Source: Alphaproteobacteria bacterium (GTDB lineage: Bacteria > Pseudomonadota > Alphaproteobacteria > SP197). Taken from it: a DNA stretch of 64,000 bases. The translations under genes were made by a program, and so were the position numbers. The DNA is taken from assembly GCA_965228895.1 (NCBI GenBank), contig OZ245842.1, positions 2,784,001 through 2,848,000 of the forward strand, read 5' to 3'. The notes beneath the pieces are model-generated. The model was not told the origin of the DNA. It searched no databases and saw nothing but the letters and a program-made list of their open reading frames with translations. Below, in pieces: positions 49,880-61,674 of this stretch. Each line of letters begins with the position of its first letter. Positions within the stretch are counted from its first letter, which is position 1.

Positions 49880-51043
49880 CTAGAGGGCACCTGGTTTCCG
49901 GTCGGGCTTCACCGATGACGAGCGCACGACGTTGTCGTCGCGCAGCCGCACCGGCTGACGTTTGCGGCCCCAGGTGCCCGGCTGGTGTTCGAAGACGCCG
50001 GCGACGGCCGTGCCGCAACTACCACAATGGCCACCCTGCTGAATGCCCCAATGGGTGAGCTCATACCAGTCGCGGCCGATCAGCGCCGTGCCGCAGTTGG
50101 GACAGGTTGTCGTGTCGCCGTCACGGTCGTGCACGTTACCGGTATAGGCATAACGAACGCCGTTCTCGATCGCGATGCGGCGCGCGCGCGTCAGTGTCGC
50201 CGGCGGCGTGTTGCCCTTATCCAGCATGCGGTAGTCGGGATGAAACGCCGTGAAGTGCATGGGCACATCCGGCCCCAGTTTGTCGACCACCCATCGGGTC
50301 ATGGCGTCGATTTCATCGGCTGAATCGTTTTCGCCGGGGATCAGCAGCGTCGTCAATTCGAACCACACATCGGTCTCGTGCTTGAGATATTCGAGCGTCT
50401 CCAGAACCGGCGCCAGCTCGCCGGCACAGATCTTTTTGTAGAAGCGCTCGGTGAACGCCTTCAGATCGACATTGGCCGCATCCATGGCGGCGAAGAACTC
50501 GGCGCGCGGCTCCGCCGTCACGTAGCCGGCGGTGACCGCGACCGTCTTGACCCCAACCGCGCGGCAGGCCTCTGCCACATCAACCGCGTATTCGTGAAAG
50601 ATGACGGGGTCGTTATAGGTAAAGGCGACCGAACGGCAGCCGAGATCGCGTGCCACGGCGGCGATCTTCTCCGGCGGCGCCTGATCGGCGAGCGTGTCGA
50701 TTTCACGCGACTTCGAGATATCCCAGTTCTGGCAGAACTTGCAGGCGAGATTGCAGCCCGCCGTGCCGAAAGAGAGCACCGGCGTGCCCGGCAAAAAGTG
50801 GTTAAGCGGCTTTTTCTCGATCGGGTCGATGCAATAGCCGCTGGAGCGGCCATAGGTTGTCAGAACGATAGCGCCGTCCTGTGCCTGGCGGACGAAGCAA
50901 AGCCCGCGCTGGCCCTCGTTGAGCTTGCAAAACCGCGGACACAGGTCGCACTGCACGCGACCATCGTCCAGGGCATGCCAATAGCGGCCAGGGAACACGC
51001 CAAACGTGTTCATTTCCCGTGTCTTTTCGGTGGTATCCGACAT
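49880..51043 (-). CDS. amrS: AmmeMemoRadiSam system radical SAM enzyme
   Basis: C..CP..C, DPIEKKPL.HF.PG, GCNLACKFCQN (CxxxCxxC), YTGNV, CPNC. Confidence 0.93.
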   Translation of the reverse strand: MSDTTEKTREMNTFGVFPGRYWHALDDGRVQCDLCPRFCKLNEGQRGLCFVRQAQDGAIVLTTYGRSSGYCIDPIEKKPLNHFLPGTPVLSFGTAGCNLACKFCQNWDISKSREIDTLADQAPPEKIAAVARDLGCRSVAFTYNDPVIFHEYAVDVAEACRAVGVKTVAVTAGYVTAEPRAEFFAAMDAANVDLKAFTERFYKKICAGELAPVLETLEYLKHETDVWFELTTLLIPGENDSADEIDAMTRWVVDKLGPDVPMHFTAFHPDYRMLDKGNTPPATLTRARRIAIENGVRYAYTGNVHDRDGDTTTCPNCGTALIGRDWYELTHWGIQQGGHCGSCGTAVAGVFEHQPGTWGRKRQPVRLRDDNVVRSSSVKPDRKPGAL

Positions 51044-51142
51044 CCTCACGCTAGGCCGGGCTCGCAACCGGGCTCCGGCCTTCCCACCTAGTATCTTATG
51101 TCTATGTGGGTATTGCCCCGCGCGATGTCATGACGGACGACG

Positions 51143-52534
51143 ATGATGACAGGCATCCGTGAACCCCAGCTTGCCGGCACCTGGTATCCAGGCGACGCCC
51201 AGGCTTTGGGTATGGCGGTTGACGACTATATCGCCAGCGCCGAGACGATGGCGCCGCAACGGCTTGATCGTCTGAAGGCGGTGATCGCGCCGCACGCGGG
51301 TTACCGCTATTCGGGCCCGGTCGCCGGCAGCGCCTATGCCCAGGTCGCAGCCATCGGCGAGCGCATCAACCGCGTCGTCCTGTTCGGACCGTCGCACCAT
51401 GTCGGCTTTCGTGGTCTGGCGGTCAGCGGCGCCGACGCTTTCCGTACGCCACTGGGCACCGTGCCGATCGATCGCGATGCCGTGCGCCATCTGATGAACC
51501 TGCCCTTCGTCCAGCACATGGAAGCCGCCCACGCGCGCGAGCATAGCCTGGAGATCCACCTGCCCTTCCTGCAACGGGCAATCGGCGACTTCTCGCTGGT
51601 GCCTGTCGTCACCGGGGATGCATCGCCCGGCCAAGTCGCCGAGGCGCTGGCGCATCTTTGGGGCGGGCCGGAGACGCTTGTCGTGATCAGCACCGACCTC
51701 ACCCACTTTCTGGACTACGACACCGCGCGCCGCGTCGATGCTGCGACGTCGCTGTCGATTGTCGGCTGCCAGCCTGACGCCATCGGCGACGATCACGCGT
51801 GCGGCCGGGTCGGCTTGAAAGGACTTCTGGAGATCGGCCACCGCCACACCATCGATGTCGATCTCCTGGATCTCAGGAGCTCCGGCGACACCAGCGGCCG
51901 GCGCGATCAGGTGGTCGGCTATGGTTCGTGGGCCGCGATGGATGTGGGCGACCCGGTCACCGATCTTGAGATCATCGCGCTTGGCCACGGCCGCCTGATC
52001 CGGCGGCTTGCAGCGGATGCCATTCGCCATGGCCTGATCACCGGACACGAGCCCGAAGGACTGTGGGACGACGCGCCGCCGGCATTGGCGCGCGACGTCG
52101 CCAGTTTCGTCACGCTGCGCAAAGCCGGTGAGTTACGCGGCTGTATCGGATCGGCCGAGGCGCACCGCCCGCTCGCACAAGACGTCGCCGTGAATGCCTT
52201 TAAATCGGCGTTCCACGACCCACGGTTCCGCCCGCTCGACGAGCGTGAGTTCGACCAACTGGACATCGACATCGCGCTGTTGAGCGAGCCCCAGATCCTG
52301 ACCGTGACCGATGAGGCGGACCTGATCGAGCGGCTCAGGCCCGGCATCGACGGACTGATCCTGGACGACGGGCAGCGCCGCGCCCTTTTTCTGCCGGCCG
52401 TTTGGCAAAACCTTACCGAACCAAGGGACTTTGTGCGCCACCTCAAAGAGAAGGCCGGCTGGAGCGCCAGCGACTGGTCGCCCTCGATAACCGCGCACGC
52501 GTTTCGGGCCGTAAAAATCACCGGAGCCGACTAG
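51143..52534 (+). CDS. amrB: AmmeMemoRadiSam AmrB (MEMO1-like)-AmrA (AMMECR1) fusion
   Basis: AG.WYP, PHAGY.YSG, EHSLE, S.DL.H, ACG, VVGY; then FVTL, LRGCIG, DPRF, LFLP.VW, L..KAG. Confidence 0.92.
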   Translation: MMTGIREPQLAGTWYPGDAQALGMAVDDYIASAETMAPQRLDRLKAVIAPHAGYRYSGPVAGSAYAQVAAIGERINRVVLFGPSHHVGFRGLAVSGADAFRTPLGTVPIDRDAVRHLMNLPFVQHMEAAHAREHSLEIHLPFLQRAIGDFSLVPVVTGDASPGQVAEALAHLWGGPETLVVISTDLTHFLDYDTARRVDAATSLSIVGCQPDAIGDDHACGRVGLKGLLEIGHRHTIDVDLLDLRSSGDTSGRRDQVVGYGSWAAMDVGDPVTDLEIIALGHGRLIRRLAADAIRHGLITGHEPEGLWDDAPPALARDVASFVTLRKAGELRGCIGSAEAHRPLAQDVAVNAFKSAFHDPRFRPLDEREFDQLDIDIALLSEPQILTVTDEADLIERLRPGIDGLILDDGQRRALFLPAVWQNLTEPRDFVRHLKEKAGWSASDWSPSITAHAFRAVKITGAD

Positions 52535-52543
52535 CCACCCGCC

Positions 52544-53407
52544 ATGTTTCGTGATCGACTACACCAGGAGCTGCGAGAACACCGGGGGGACATCTTGCCG
52601 AACTCCGAAATCAGGGTCACGTTCTGGGGCGTGCGTGGCGGACTGCCGGCGCCCGGCGCGATGACCCAAGGATACGGCGGCAACTCGCCGTGCATCGAGA
52701 TGCGGTGCAACGGGCGTCTGCTCATCTTCGACGCCGGCACCGGCATTCGCGCGCTCGGCAAGGATCTGATGGCGCGCTCCCCGGTGGCTGGCGATCTCTT
52801 CTTCAGCACCACGCGCTTCAATCATATCTGCGGCCTGCCGTTCTTCGCCGCCGCCTTCAATCCGGCCAACAGCTTCAGACTGTGGTGTGGCAATGCCCAG
52901 CCGGAGACCTGCATCAAGGATGTCCTGAGCGGCCTGATGAACGATCCGATCTTTCCGGTCCCGCTGGATATCTTTAACGCCGAACTAAGCTTCCGCGATT
53001 TCAGCGACGGCATTGATCTGGATATCGGCGACGGTGTCACGATTGCGACCAACAAGCTCAACGGTTGTCCGCCAGGCACCGCATACCGGGTGAGCTATGG
53101 CGGACGTTCGGTTTGCTACCTGGCTGGCGCGTGTCTGGATGACCAGGCGACGGTCAAGACGATCGTCTCGTTCGCCGGCGACGCCGACATGATCATCTTC
53201 GGCCCACCCTTGATCGACGGCCAGTCCAAGGAATGCGCCTGGACCGCCGCGACACGCCTGGCGAGCGACGCCCATGTCGACAAGCTGGTTCTCTCCGGCC
53301 ACGCCCCCGAAGACGACGACCATGTGTTGACCCAACGCGAGGCGCAGCTGGCGCACGATCACCCGGGCACCGTGCTTGCCCGCGAAGGCCAGGAAGTCGC
53401 CATCTAA
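52544..53407 (+). CDS. Metallo-beta-lactamase-fold protein with degenerate metal motif
   Basis: FWGVRG, YGGN..C, DAGTGIR, GLPFF, FPV; HxHxDH position reads TTRFNH. Confidence 0.8.
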   Translation: MFRDRLHQELREHRGDILPNSEIRVTFWGVRGGLPAPGAMTQGYGGNSPCIEMRCNGRLLIFDAGTGIRALGKDLMARSPVAGDLFFSTTRFNHICGLPFFAAAFNPANSFRLWCGNAQPETCIKDVLSGLMNDPIFPVPLDIFNAELSFRDFSDGIDLDIGDGVTIATNKLNGCPPGTAYRVSYGGRSVCYLAGACLDDQATVKTIVSFAGDADMIIFGPPLIDGQSKECAWTAATRLASDAHVDKLVLSGHAPEDDDHVLTQREAQLAHDHPGTVLAREGQEVAI

Positions 53408-53420
53408 GCAGACAGTCGCC

Positions 53421-55184
53421 TCAGGCGCGCAGGGCGTCTTCCACCGTTAATCCCTGGGTCGCCACGCCGTCGATATGACGGGCGTGCCACAACGCATAGA
53501 AAAGCAATGTCCACGCGGCGAAGCCGGCGCGCTTTTTGCCCGCCTGTTCGAACAACCTGACGACCCGGTCCGGCTGGGCAATCGCCTCGATGGCCGGTTG
53601 GGCGGCGACCAGCGGCCCGATCCCGCCACCACGTCGGGCAATCCAGTCACCGACAGGCACGGTGAAACCGCGTTTGGCGGAAAACGCATTGGCGGCGGGT
53701 AGCTCGCGGTCAAGCCAAGAACGCAGCAGCCACTTGCCTTGGCGTTTACGGATCTTCATGGCGTCCGGAAGACGCCACGCGACATCGGCGACATGGTTGT
53801 CGAGCAACGGCACCCGTCCCTCGACGCCATGGGCCATCAAGCAGCGGTCAAGCTTGGTCAGGAGGTCGTTGGGCAACCAGTCCGCCATGTCGACGGCCTG
53901 CGCCACCTGCAAGGCGCTGCGGCCCGGTTTCTTGAAGGCCTCGGCGGCCACGTCCAACCCCATACGCCAGGCGGCATGACCATCCAGCAGCACCTCGAGC
54001 CCATCGAACGTGCCCTTGCGGCGCAACCGGCCACCGCCCAACAGCCGGGGACGCAGCATGCGGCGGTAGCGGCCGTATCCGGCAAAGAGTTCGTCGCCGC
54101 CCTCGCCTGACAGCACCACCTTGACGTCGGCCGCCGCCCGGCCAGCCAGCTTATAGGTCGGCAGTGTTGCGTAGTCGGCGGCGGGATCGTCCATCGCCGC
54201 CGCGACGTCCGGCAACAAGGCCCAAAAGTCGTCTTCGCCGAAACTGACTTCGACATGGTCGGCGCCGGCCGCGGCAGCCACCTCGGCCGCATGACGTCGC
54301 TCGTCACGCGCATGGGGGATATCGAAGCCGATCGTATAGGCGCGCACCGGGCGGTTATTGAGCCGCGCCATCGCCGCCAGCACGGTCGAACTGTCGACAC
54401 CGCCGGAAAGAAACATGCCGTAGGGCACGTCGGAACGTTCATGCACCCTGACACTATCGAGCAGCGCGGCGTCGAGACGCTCCATGGCGTCTTTCTCATC
54501 CCAGTTCGCGCTATCCAGTTCGGGCAGTGCCGAACGGCGCAAGCGTTCGACGATGCGGCCCTGTTCGACGACGACTGTCTCGCCGGGCAGAACCCGTTCG
54601 ACATGTTGAAAAATCGTGCGCCGGCCGGTCGTGAACTGCATCTGCAGGAGTTCGCCAAGTGCCGTATCGTTAACCGCGGGCTCAACCAGACCAGCAGCAA
54701 CGAGCGCCTGCGCTTCCGACGCGAAGGCCAGTCCCATCGTGGTCTCGGCGATGTAGAGCGGTTTGATACCGAAGGGGTCGCGCGCCAGATAGAGCCGTTC
54801 CTGCGCCCGGTCCCAAAGCGCGATGGCGTACATGCCGCGCAGGCCCTGGGTGAAGTTGGCGCCATCGCGCTCGAAGAGGTGCAAGGGCACCTCGCAGTCC
54901 GACTGGGTCGCGAACCTGACCTCCGACAGGACGCGCCGCCATTCCACGTGATTGTAGATCTCCGCATTGGCGATCAACGTCGCGCCGCTCGGCCCCGTCA
55001 TCGGCTGATCGCCCGTGACGAGATCGATGATGGCGAGGCGCCGGTGCACCATGGCGAGCGGCCCGTTACGGAACCGTCCTTCCCCATCGGGACCGCGATG
55101 GGCCAGCGCGCGCGATAACGCGTCCAGTGTCGCCTCGGGCACCTCTTCGCCCGGGCGGGCGAGCACACCGGCCAAGCCACACAT
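53421..55184 (-). CDS. asnB: Asparagine synthase-type glutamine amidotransferase
   Basis: [42 protein letters not shown]. Confidence 0.93.
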   Translation of the reverse strand: MCGLAGVLARPGEEVPEATLDALSRALAHRGPDGEGRFRNGPLAMVHRRLAIIDLVTGDQPMTGPSGATLIANAEIYNHVEWRRVLSEVRFATQSDCEVPLHLFERDGANFTQGLRGMYAIALWDRAQERLYLARDPFGIKPLYIAETTMGLAFASEAQALVAAGLVEPAVNDTALGELLQMQFTTGRRTIFQHVERVLPGETVVVEQGRIVERLRRSALPELDSANWDEKDAMERLDAALLDSVRVHERSDVPYGMFLSGGVDSSTVLAAMARLNNRPVRAYTIGFDIPHARDERRHAAEVAAAAGADHVEVSFGEDDFWALLPDVAAAMDDPAADYATLPTYKLAGRAAADVKVVLSGEGGDELFAGYGRYRRMLRPRLLGGGRLRRKGTFDGLEVLLDGHAAWRMGLDVAAEAFKKPGRSALQVAQAVDMADWLPNDLLTKLDRCLMAHGVEGRVPLLDNHVADVAWRLPDAMKIRKRQGKWLLRSWLDRELPAANAFSAKRGFTVPVGDWIARRGGGIGPLVAAQPAIEAIAQPDRVVRLFEQAGKKRAGFAAWTLLFYALWHARHIDGVATQGLTVEDALRA

Positions 55185-56206
55185 CAGGTGGTCACCGAGT
55201 CGAGCAGTTGGATGTAATCGCGCACGACGACATCGCGGGCAAAGGCCTCCCGGTAGGCGATGTAACCGGCTTCGACAAGATCGGCGGCCAGTGTCTGATC
55301 GGCCAAGCACGAGTTGATCGCCGCCGCGAGCAGCCGCGCCTCGTCGACGGGAACCAGAAGACCGCTCTTGCGGTCCTCGATCAGTTCCGATGGTCCCTGG
55401 CTTGCCGCAGCAACGACCGGCCGGCGATGGGCCCAGCCCTCCAACACGACATTGCCGAGAGGTTCGTGGCGTGACGGACAGACCAGGACATCGGCCGCGG
55501 CCAACAACGCGGCGCCGTCGTCGCGCCAGCCAAGGAATCTGACACGGCCCTCAAGGCCCAGGCTGTTGACGTGATCCTCCAGACGGGTCTGGAGCGGGCC
55601 GGTGCCGGCGAGCCACAGCATGGTATCGGGCACCTCGGTCATGGCCTCGATCAGCATGTCGAACGCCTTGTTCGGATGCAGCCTGCCCATGGCGAGAACG
55701 ACCTTCATGTCCTCCGGCGTGCGTAACGATTCCTTGTCGACCGGTGGACGTTCCTCCGCATCGACAAAGTTGGGCAGGTAATGCGTGCGCTCAGCGGGCC
55801 AGCCCTGGCCAATCAGGTAGTCACAGATGCCGCGCGTGTTGCCGATCAGGTGATCACAGCGCCGGTAGTACTTGAGATCGTAGAAGCCGCCAAGCCGCGC
55901 CAGATGCACAAACGGACCGCGCGGGCATTGCGCCGTCGCGCGGTTCATCCAGGTCAGCACGGCGTCCGGTGCAAAGTCTCTGACCGCGCGGCCATAAGCC
56001 AAACGCGACGCCAGGTCGAACGGTCCGCCGAAACGCAGGCCGACGGTTTCGACACCGGCGAGGTTGAGGGCTTCCTGCCGCACATCGTGGCGGCGGATGA
56101 TCGCCCGCTGCTCGACGCCGGCGTCCGCCAGGGCAGGCACCAACCGCATGAAGAAGGCTTCGGCGCCGCCGACCTCCGCGCCCGCCATGGCTTGGACGAG
56201 ACGCAT
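55184..56206 (-). CDS. GT4 glycosyltransferase
   Basis: GGAE, GRLH.NK.FD, FLGWR.D, SRHEPLGNVVLE. Confidence 0.9.
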   Translation of the reverse strand: MRLVQAMAGAEVGGAEAFFMRLVPALADAGVEQRAIIRRHDVRQEALNLAGVETVGLRFGGPFDLASRLAYGRAVRDFAPDAVLTWMNRATAQCPRGPFVHLARLGGFYDLKYYRRCDHLIGNTRGICDYLIGQGWPAERTHYLPNFVDAEERPPVDKESLRTPEDMKVVLAMGRLHPNKAFDMLIEAMTEVPDTMLWLAGTGPLQTRLEDHVNSLGLEGRVRFLGWRDDGAALLAAADVLVCPSRHEPLGNVVLEGWAHRRPVVAAASQGPSELIEDRKSGLLVPVDEARLLAAAINSCLADQTLAADLVEAGYIAYREAFARDVVVRDYIQLLDSVTT

Positions 56207-56961
56207 CAGTCGCGCTCCAGCCGCGCCTTCAAATGCGAGATCAGCGGATAGAGACCGGCAAACAAGGCGTTCAGGAACCCGTATCCGCCTTCCCGGTAAC
56301 CCCGGCGCATGACGTAGCACTTGAAGAAGCGGGAGTAGAAACGGCGGATGTTGCCGGCGAGCGTGCCGATATCGCCGCTTTCTCTGAGGTCCCGTGCGCG
56401 CGCCTCCGTGTAACGGTCCAGGCGCTGGATCATGTCGGAGATGTTACGGTCGACATAGTGATCAATGCGCTCTTTGAGCCAGCGCTTCTCGCCCTCTAGA
56501 GCAAGCGAGGGATGGACACGGTCATCGCCCCAGCGTTTGGCGCCCGGCGAAAACAGACGCACCGCCGCGCTGACGCCCCATGATCCGCCCCAACCGTAAC
56601 GCACACGGTGTTCGCCGATGTAGTTGTCGAACGGCACGAGGTAGTGGGCAGGCGCGGTGGCGGTTTGGATGACCGACGTGATCTCCTGGGCGAGCGCCGG
56701 CGTCACGCGCTCATCGGCGTCGACTTCCACGATCCAATCGCCGGTCGCGGCATCCAGGCCGGTATTGCGGCGCGGGCCTTCGATCTCCCACGCGCCTTCG
56801 ATCACCTGGTCGGTATGGCGCCGCGCAATCTCTGCCGAACCGTCGGTGCTGCGGTCGAGCACGACGACGATCTCGTCGCAGAAGCCGAGACAGGCAAGGC
56901 ACGCGTCGAGCTGGGCCTCCTCGTTGCGTGCCACGACAACGGCGCTCAGGCGAACGCTCAC
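56206..56961 (-). CDS. GT2 glycosyltransferase (KdtX/LpsC-like)
   Basis: NEE, D.STD, W...DADE, RLF, VH. Confidence 0.9.
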   Translation of the reverse strand: MSVRLSAVVVARNEEAQLDACLACLGFCDEIVVVLDRSTDGSAEIARRHTDQVIEGAWEIEGPRRNTGLDAATGDWIVEVDADERVTPALAQEITSVIQTATAPAHYLVPFDNYIGEHRVRYGWGGSWGVSAAVRLFSPGAKRWGDDRVHPSLALEGEKRWLKERIDHYVDRNISDMIQRLDRYTEARARDLRESGDIGTLAGNIRRFYSRFFKCYVMRRGYREGGYGFLNALFAGLYPLISHLKARLERD

Positions 56962-56992
56962 CGGCTGTCCGCTGGTGTCGCTGGCCGGCGCA

Positions 56993-58018
56993 TCACGCCG
57001 CCATCGCCTCGATCTCGGCGGCGGCATCGTCCCACGTGCGGCCGCGCTGCATCTGGAATGCGTCCTTGCTGCGCCCGCGGTAGACGATGTCTTCCTTCAG
57101 ACACAGCACCGCGCAGTTGACGAAGGCCTCGTCGTCGGGTGTCAGGAAACCGCTGCGCCCGTCGGTGATACGTTCCTGGGCAGCACCCAACCGGCGTGCG
57201 ACGGCCGGCAGGCCGGTCGCCTGGGATTCGGCAAGCGTCGAGGCATAGACCTCGCGTTCGGTGCCCGGGTAGAGATGCACGCGGGCGCGGCGGTAGACCT
57301 CGGCCATGTCGTGGTCGGCGAGCGGACGCTTCACCTTGACTCCCTGCCCTGCCGCCGCGAGCGCCTGATCCAGAAGCGGGCGCAGCTCCGCGTCCATCGT
57401 CCGCTCCTGGCTGCCGGCGTAAAGCGAGCCGGAATAGATGTGCAGCTCCGATCCCTTGATCAGCGGTTCGATCTTCTCGGTCCATCGATCGATCAGCCAG
57501 TCGAGGTCCATGCGTGGGTGGGTCGTGACAATCGCGCGCGACGGCCAATAGCCGGCCGGCGCTTCGGATTTGAGATAGGCCGGCGCGACGCCCGGCAGAA
57601 CCACCTTGGCGCGCTCGTCCGGCCCATCCCAGGTGGCGCGATGGTTCGCTCCCATGAAGATCAGCGGCGTCGCCGGGTGACGCTCCATAGCAGCCGCCGC
57701 GTCGGCGCGTTTCAGGATGCTGGCGGGCGTCACCAGCCACAGCATGCGATGGCGCGCGGCGACCGCGTCCAGGAGTTCGGCATGACGCAGCGCGATCAGC
57801 AGATCGGCGGTTTCGGGCAGACCGTCATCGATCGGCCGCCAGGCGACATCGGCGCAGGTCACCGCCTGCTCACACCGGTTATAGACGGTGACCGCGTGGC
57901 CGCGGCGCGCCAGCGCTTCGGCCAGATAGACCAGACCTTTTTCGGGTCCGCCCAACGGGTCGTTGCGCGGGGTATAGCCGTCAAAGGCGAAGGAATCGTC
58001 AACGAGAACCACATCCAT
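56993..58018 (-). CDS. GT4-like glycosyltransferase
   Basis: PLGG.E, LA.RGH.V.V, E......ESQA.GLP. Confidence 0.8.
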   Translation of the reverse strand: MDVVLVDDSFAFDGYTPRNDPLGGPEKGLVYLAEALARRGHAVTVYNRCEQAVTCADVAWRPIDDGLPETADLLIALRHAELLDAVAARHRMLWLVTPASILKRADAAAAMERHPATPLIFMGANHRATWDGPDERAKVVLPGVAPAYLKSEAPAGYWPSRAIVTTHPRMDLDWLIDRWTEKIEPLIKGSELHIYSGSLYAGSQERTMDAELRPLLDQALAAAGQGVKVKRPLADHDMAEVYRRARVHLYPGTEREVYASTLAESQATGLPAVARRLGAAQERITDGRSGFLTPDDEAFVNCAVLCLKEDIVYRGRSKDAFQMQRGRTWDDAAAEIEAMAA

Positions 58019-58128
58019 GGCGCGGTTTATAGGGTTTGCGGGCGCGCAAGTCCAAGGCCGACAAATCCTGGACTTGCCACGGGCGCCCGCTCCGCCCACC
58101 TTAGGGGACAGTAAGGAAAAGGACGGCG

Positions 58129-59018
58129 ATGACCGCTATCAAGACAATCGCGCTGCCGGGACGCGGCGTCCTGGGCGTCACAGGCCCCGAAGCCACGGCC
58201 TTTCTGCAGGGTCTGATCACCAACGATATCGAGCTGGTCAACCCGGCGCGCGCCATCTATGCGGCGCTGTTGACGCCCCAGGGCAAGTTCCTGTTCGACT
58301 TCCTGATCGCCGATGACGGCGACGGCGGCTACCTGCTGGAGACCGACCGCGAACGCCTCGCCGATCTTGCCAAGCGGCTGACGTTTTACAAGCTGCGCAG
58401 CCAGGTCGACATTACCGACAGGTGCGACGACCTCACCGTCTCAGCCCTGATTGGCGACGGCGCGGCCGCCCGCGCCAAGCTGAACGCCGCCGCCGGCAAT
58501 GCCTGGCGCTGCGGCACCACGATGATCTATGTCGACCCGCGCCTGGCGATGCTGGGCGTGCGCATGATTCACCCGGCGAACGAGGAGCCCGCCATTGCCG
58601 GCGACGCCGCCGGCACCGTCGAGGACTACGAGGCGCTCCGCTTGGAGCTTGGTGTGCCGGAAGCCGGGCGCGATGTGCTGGTCGACAAGTCGTTCATTCT
58701 GGAAAGCAACTTCGAGGAATTGAACGCGGTCGATTTCGACAAAGGTTGTTACGTCGGCCAGGAGTTGACCGCGCGCACGAAACACCGGGGCAAGATCCGC
58801 AAGCGACTGTTCCGCATCGACGTCGATGGCGACCTGCCGCCCGCCGGCACGCCGATCATGGCCGGCGAAGCGGAGATCGGCGAGGTACGGTCGGGCAATG
58901 GCCGCACCGGCATCGCGCTCATCCGCACCGACCGTCTGGACGAAGCACGCGACAAGGGCAACGCCCTGGTCGCCGCCGGCGTCCCGCTCAAACCGGTCAA
59001 ACCAGATTGGGTAAGTTT

Positions 59019-59022
<4 letters not shown>
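58129..59022 (+). CDS. ygfZ: Folate-binding Fe-S cluster repair protein YgfZ
   Basis: FLQGL.TND, LTPQGK, KGCYVGQE. Confidence 0.95.
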
Positions 59023-61670
<2,648 letters not shown>

Positions 61671-61674
61671 GCCG

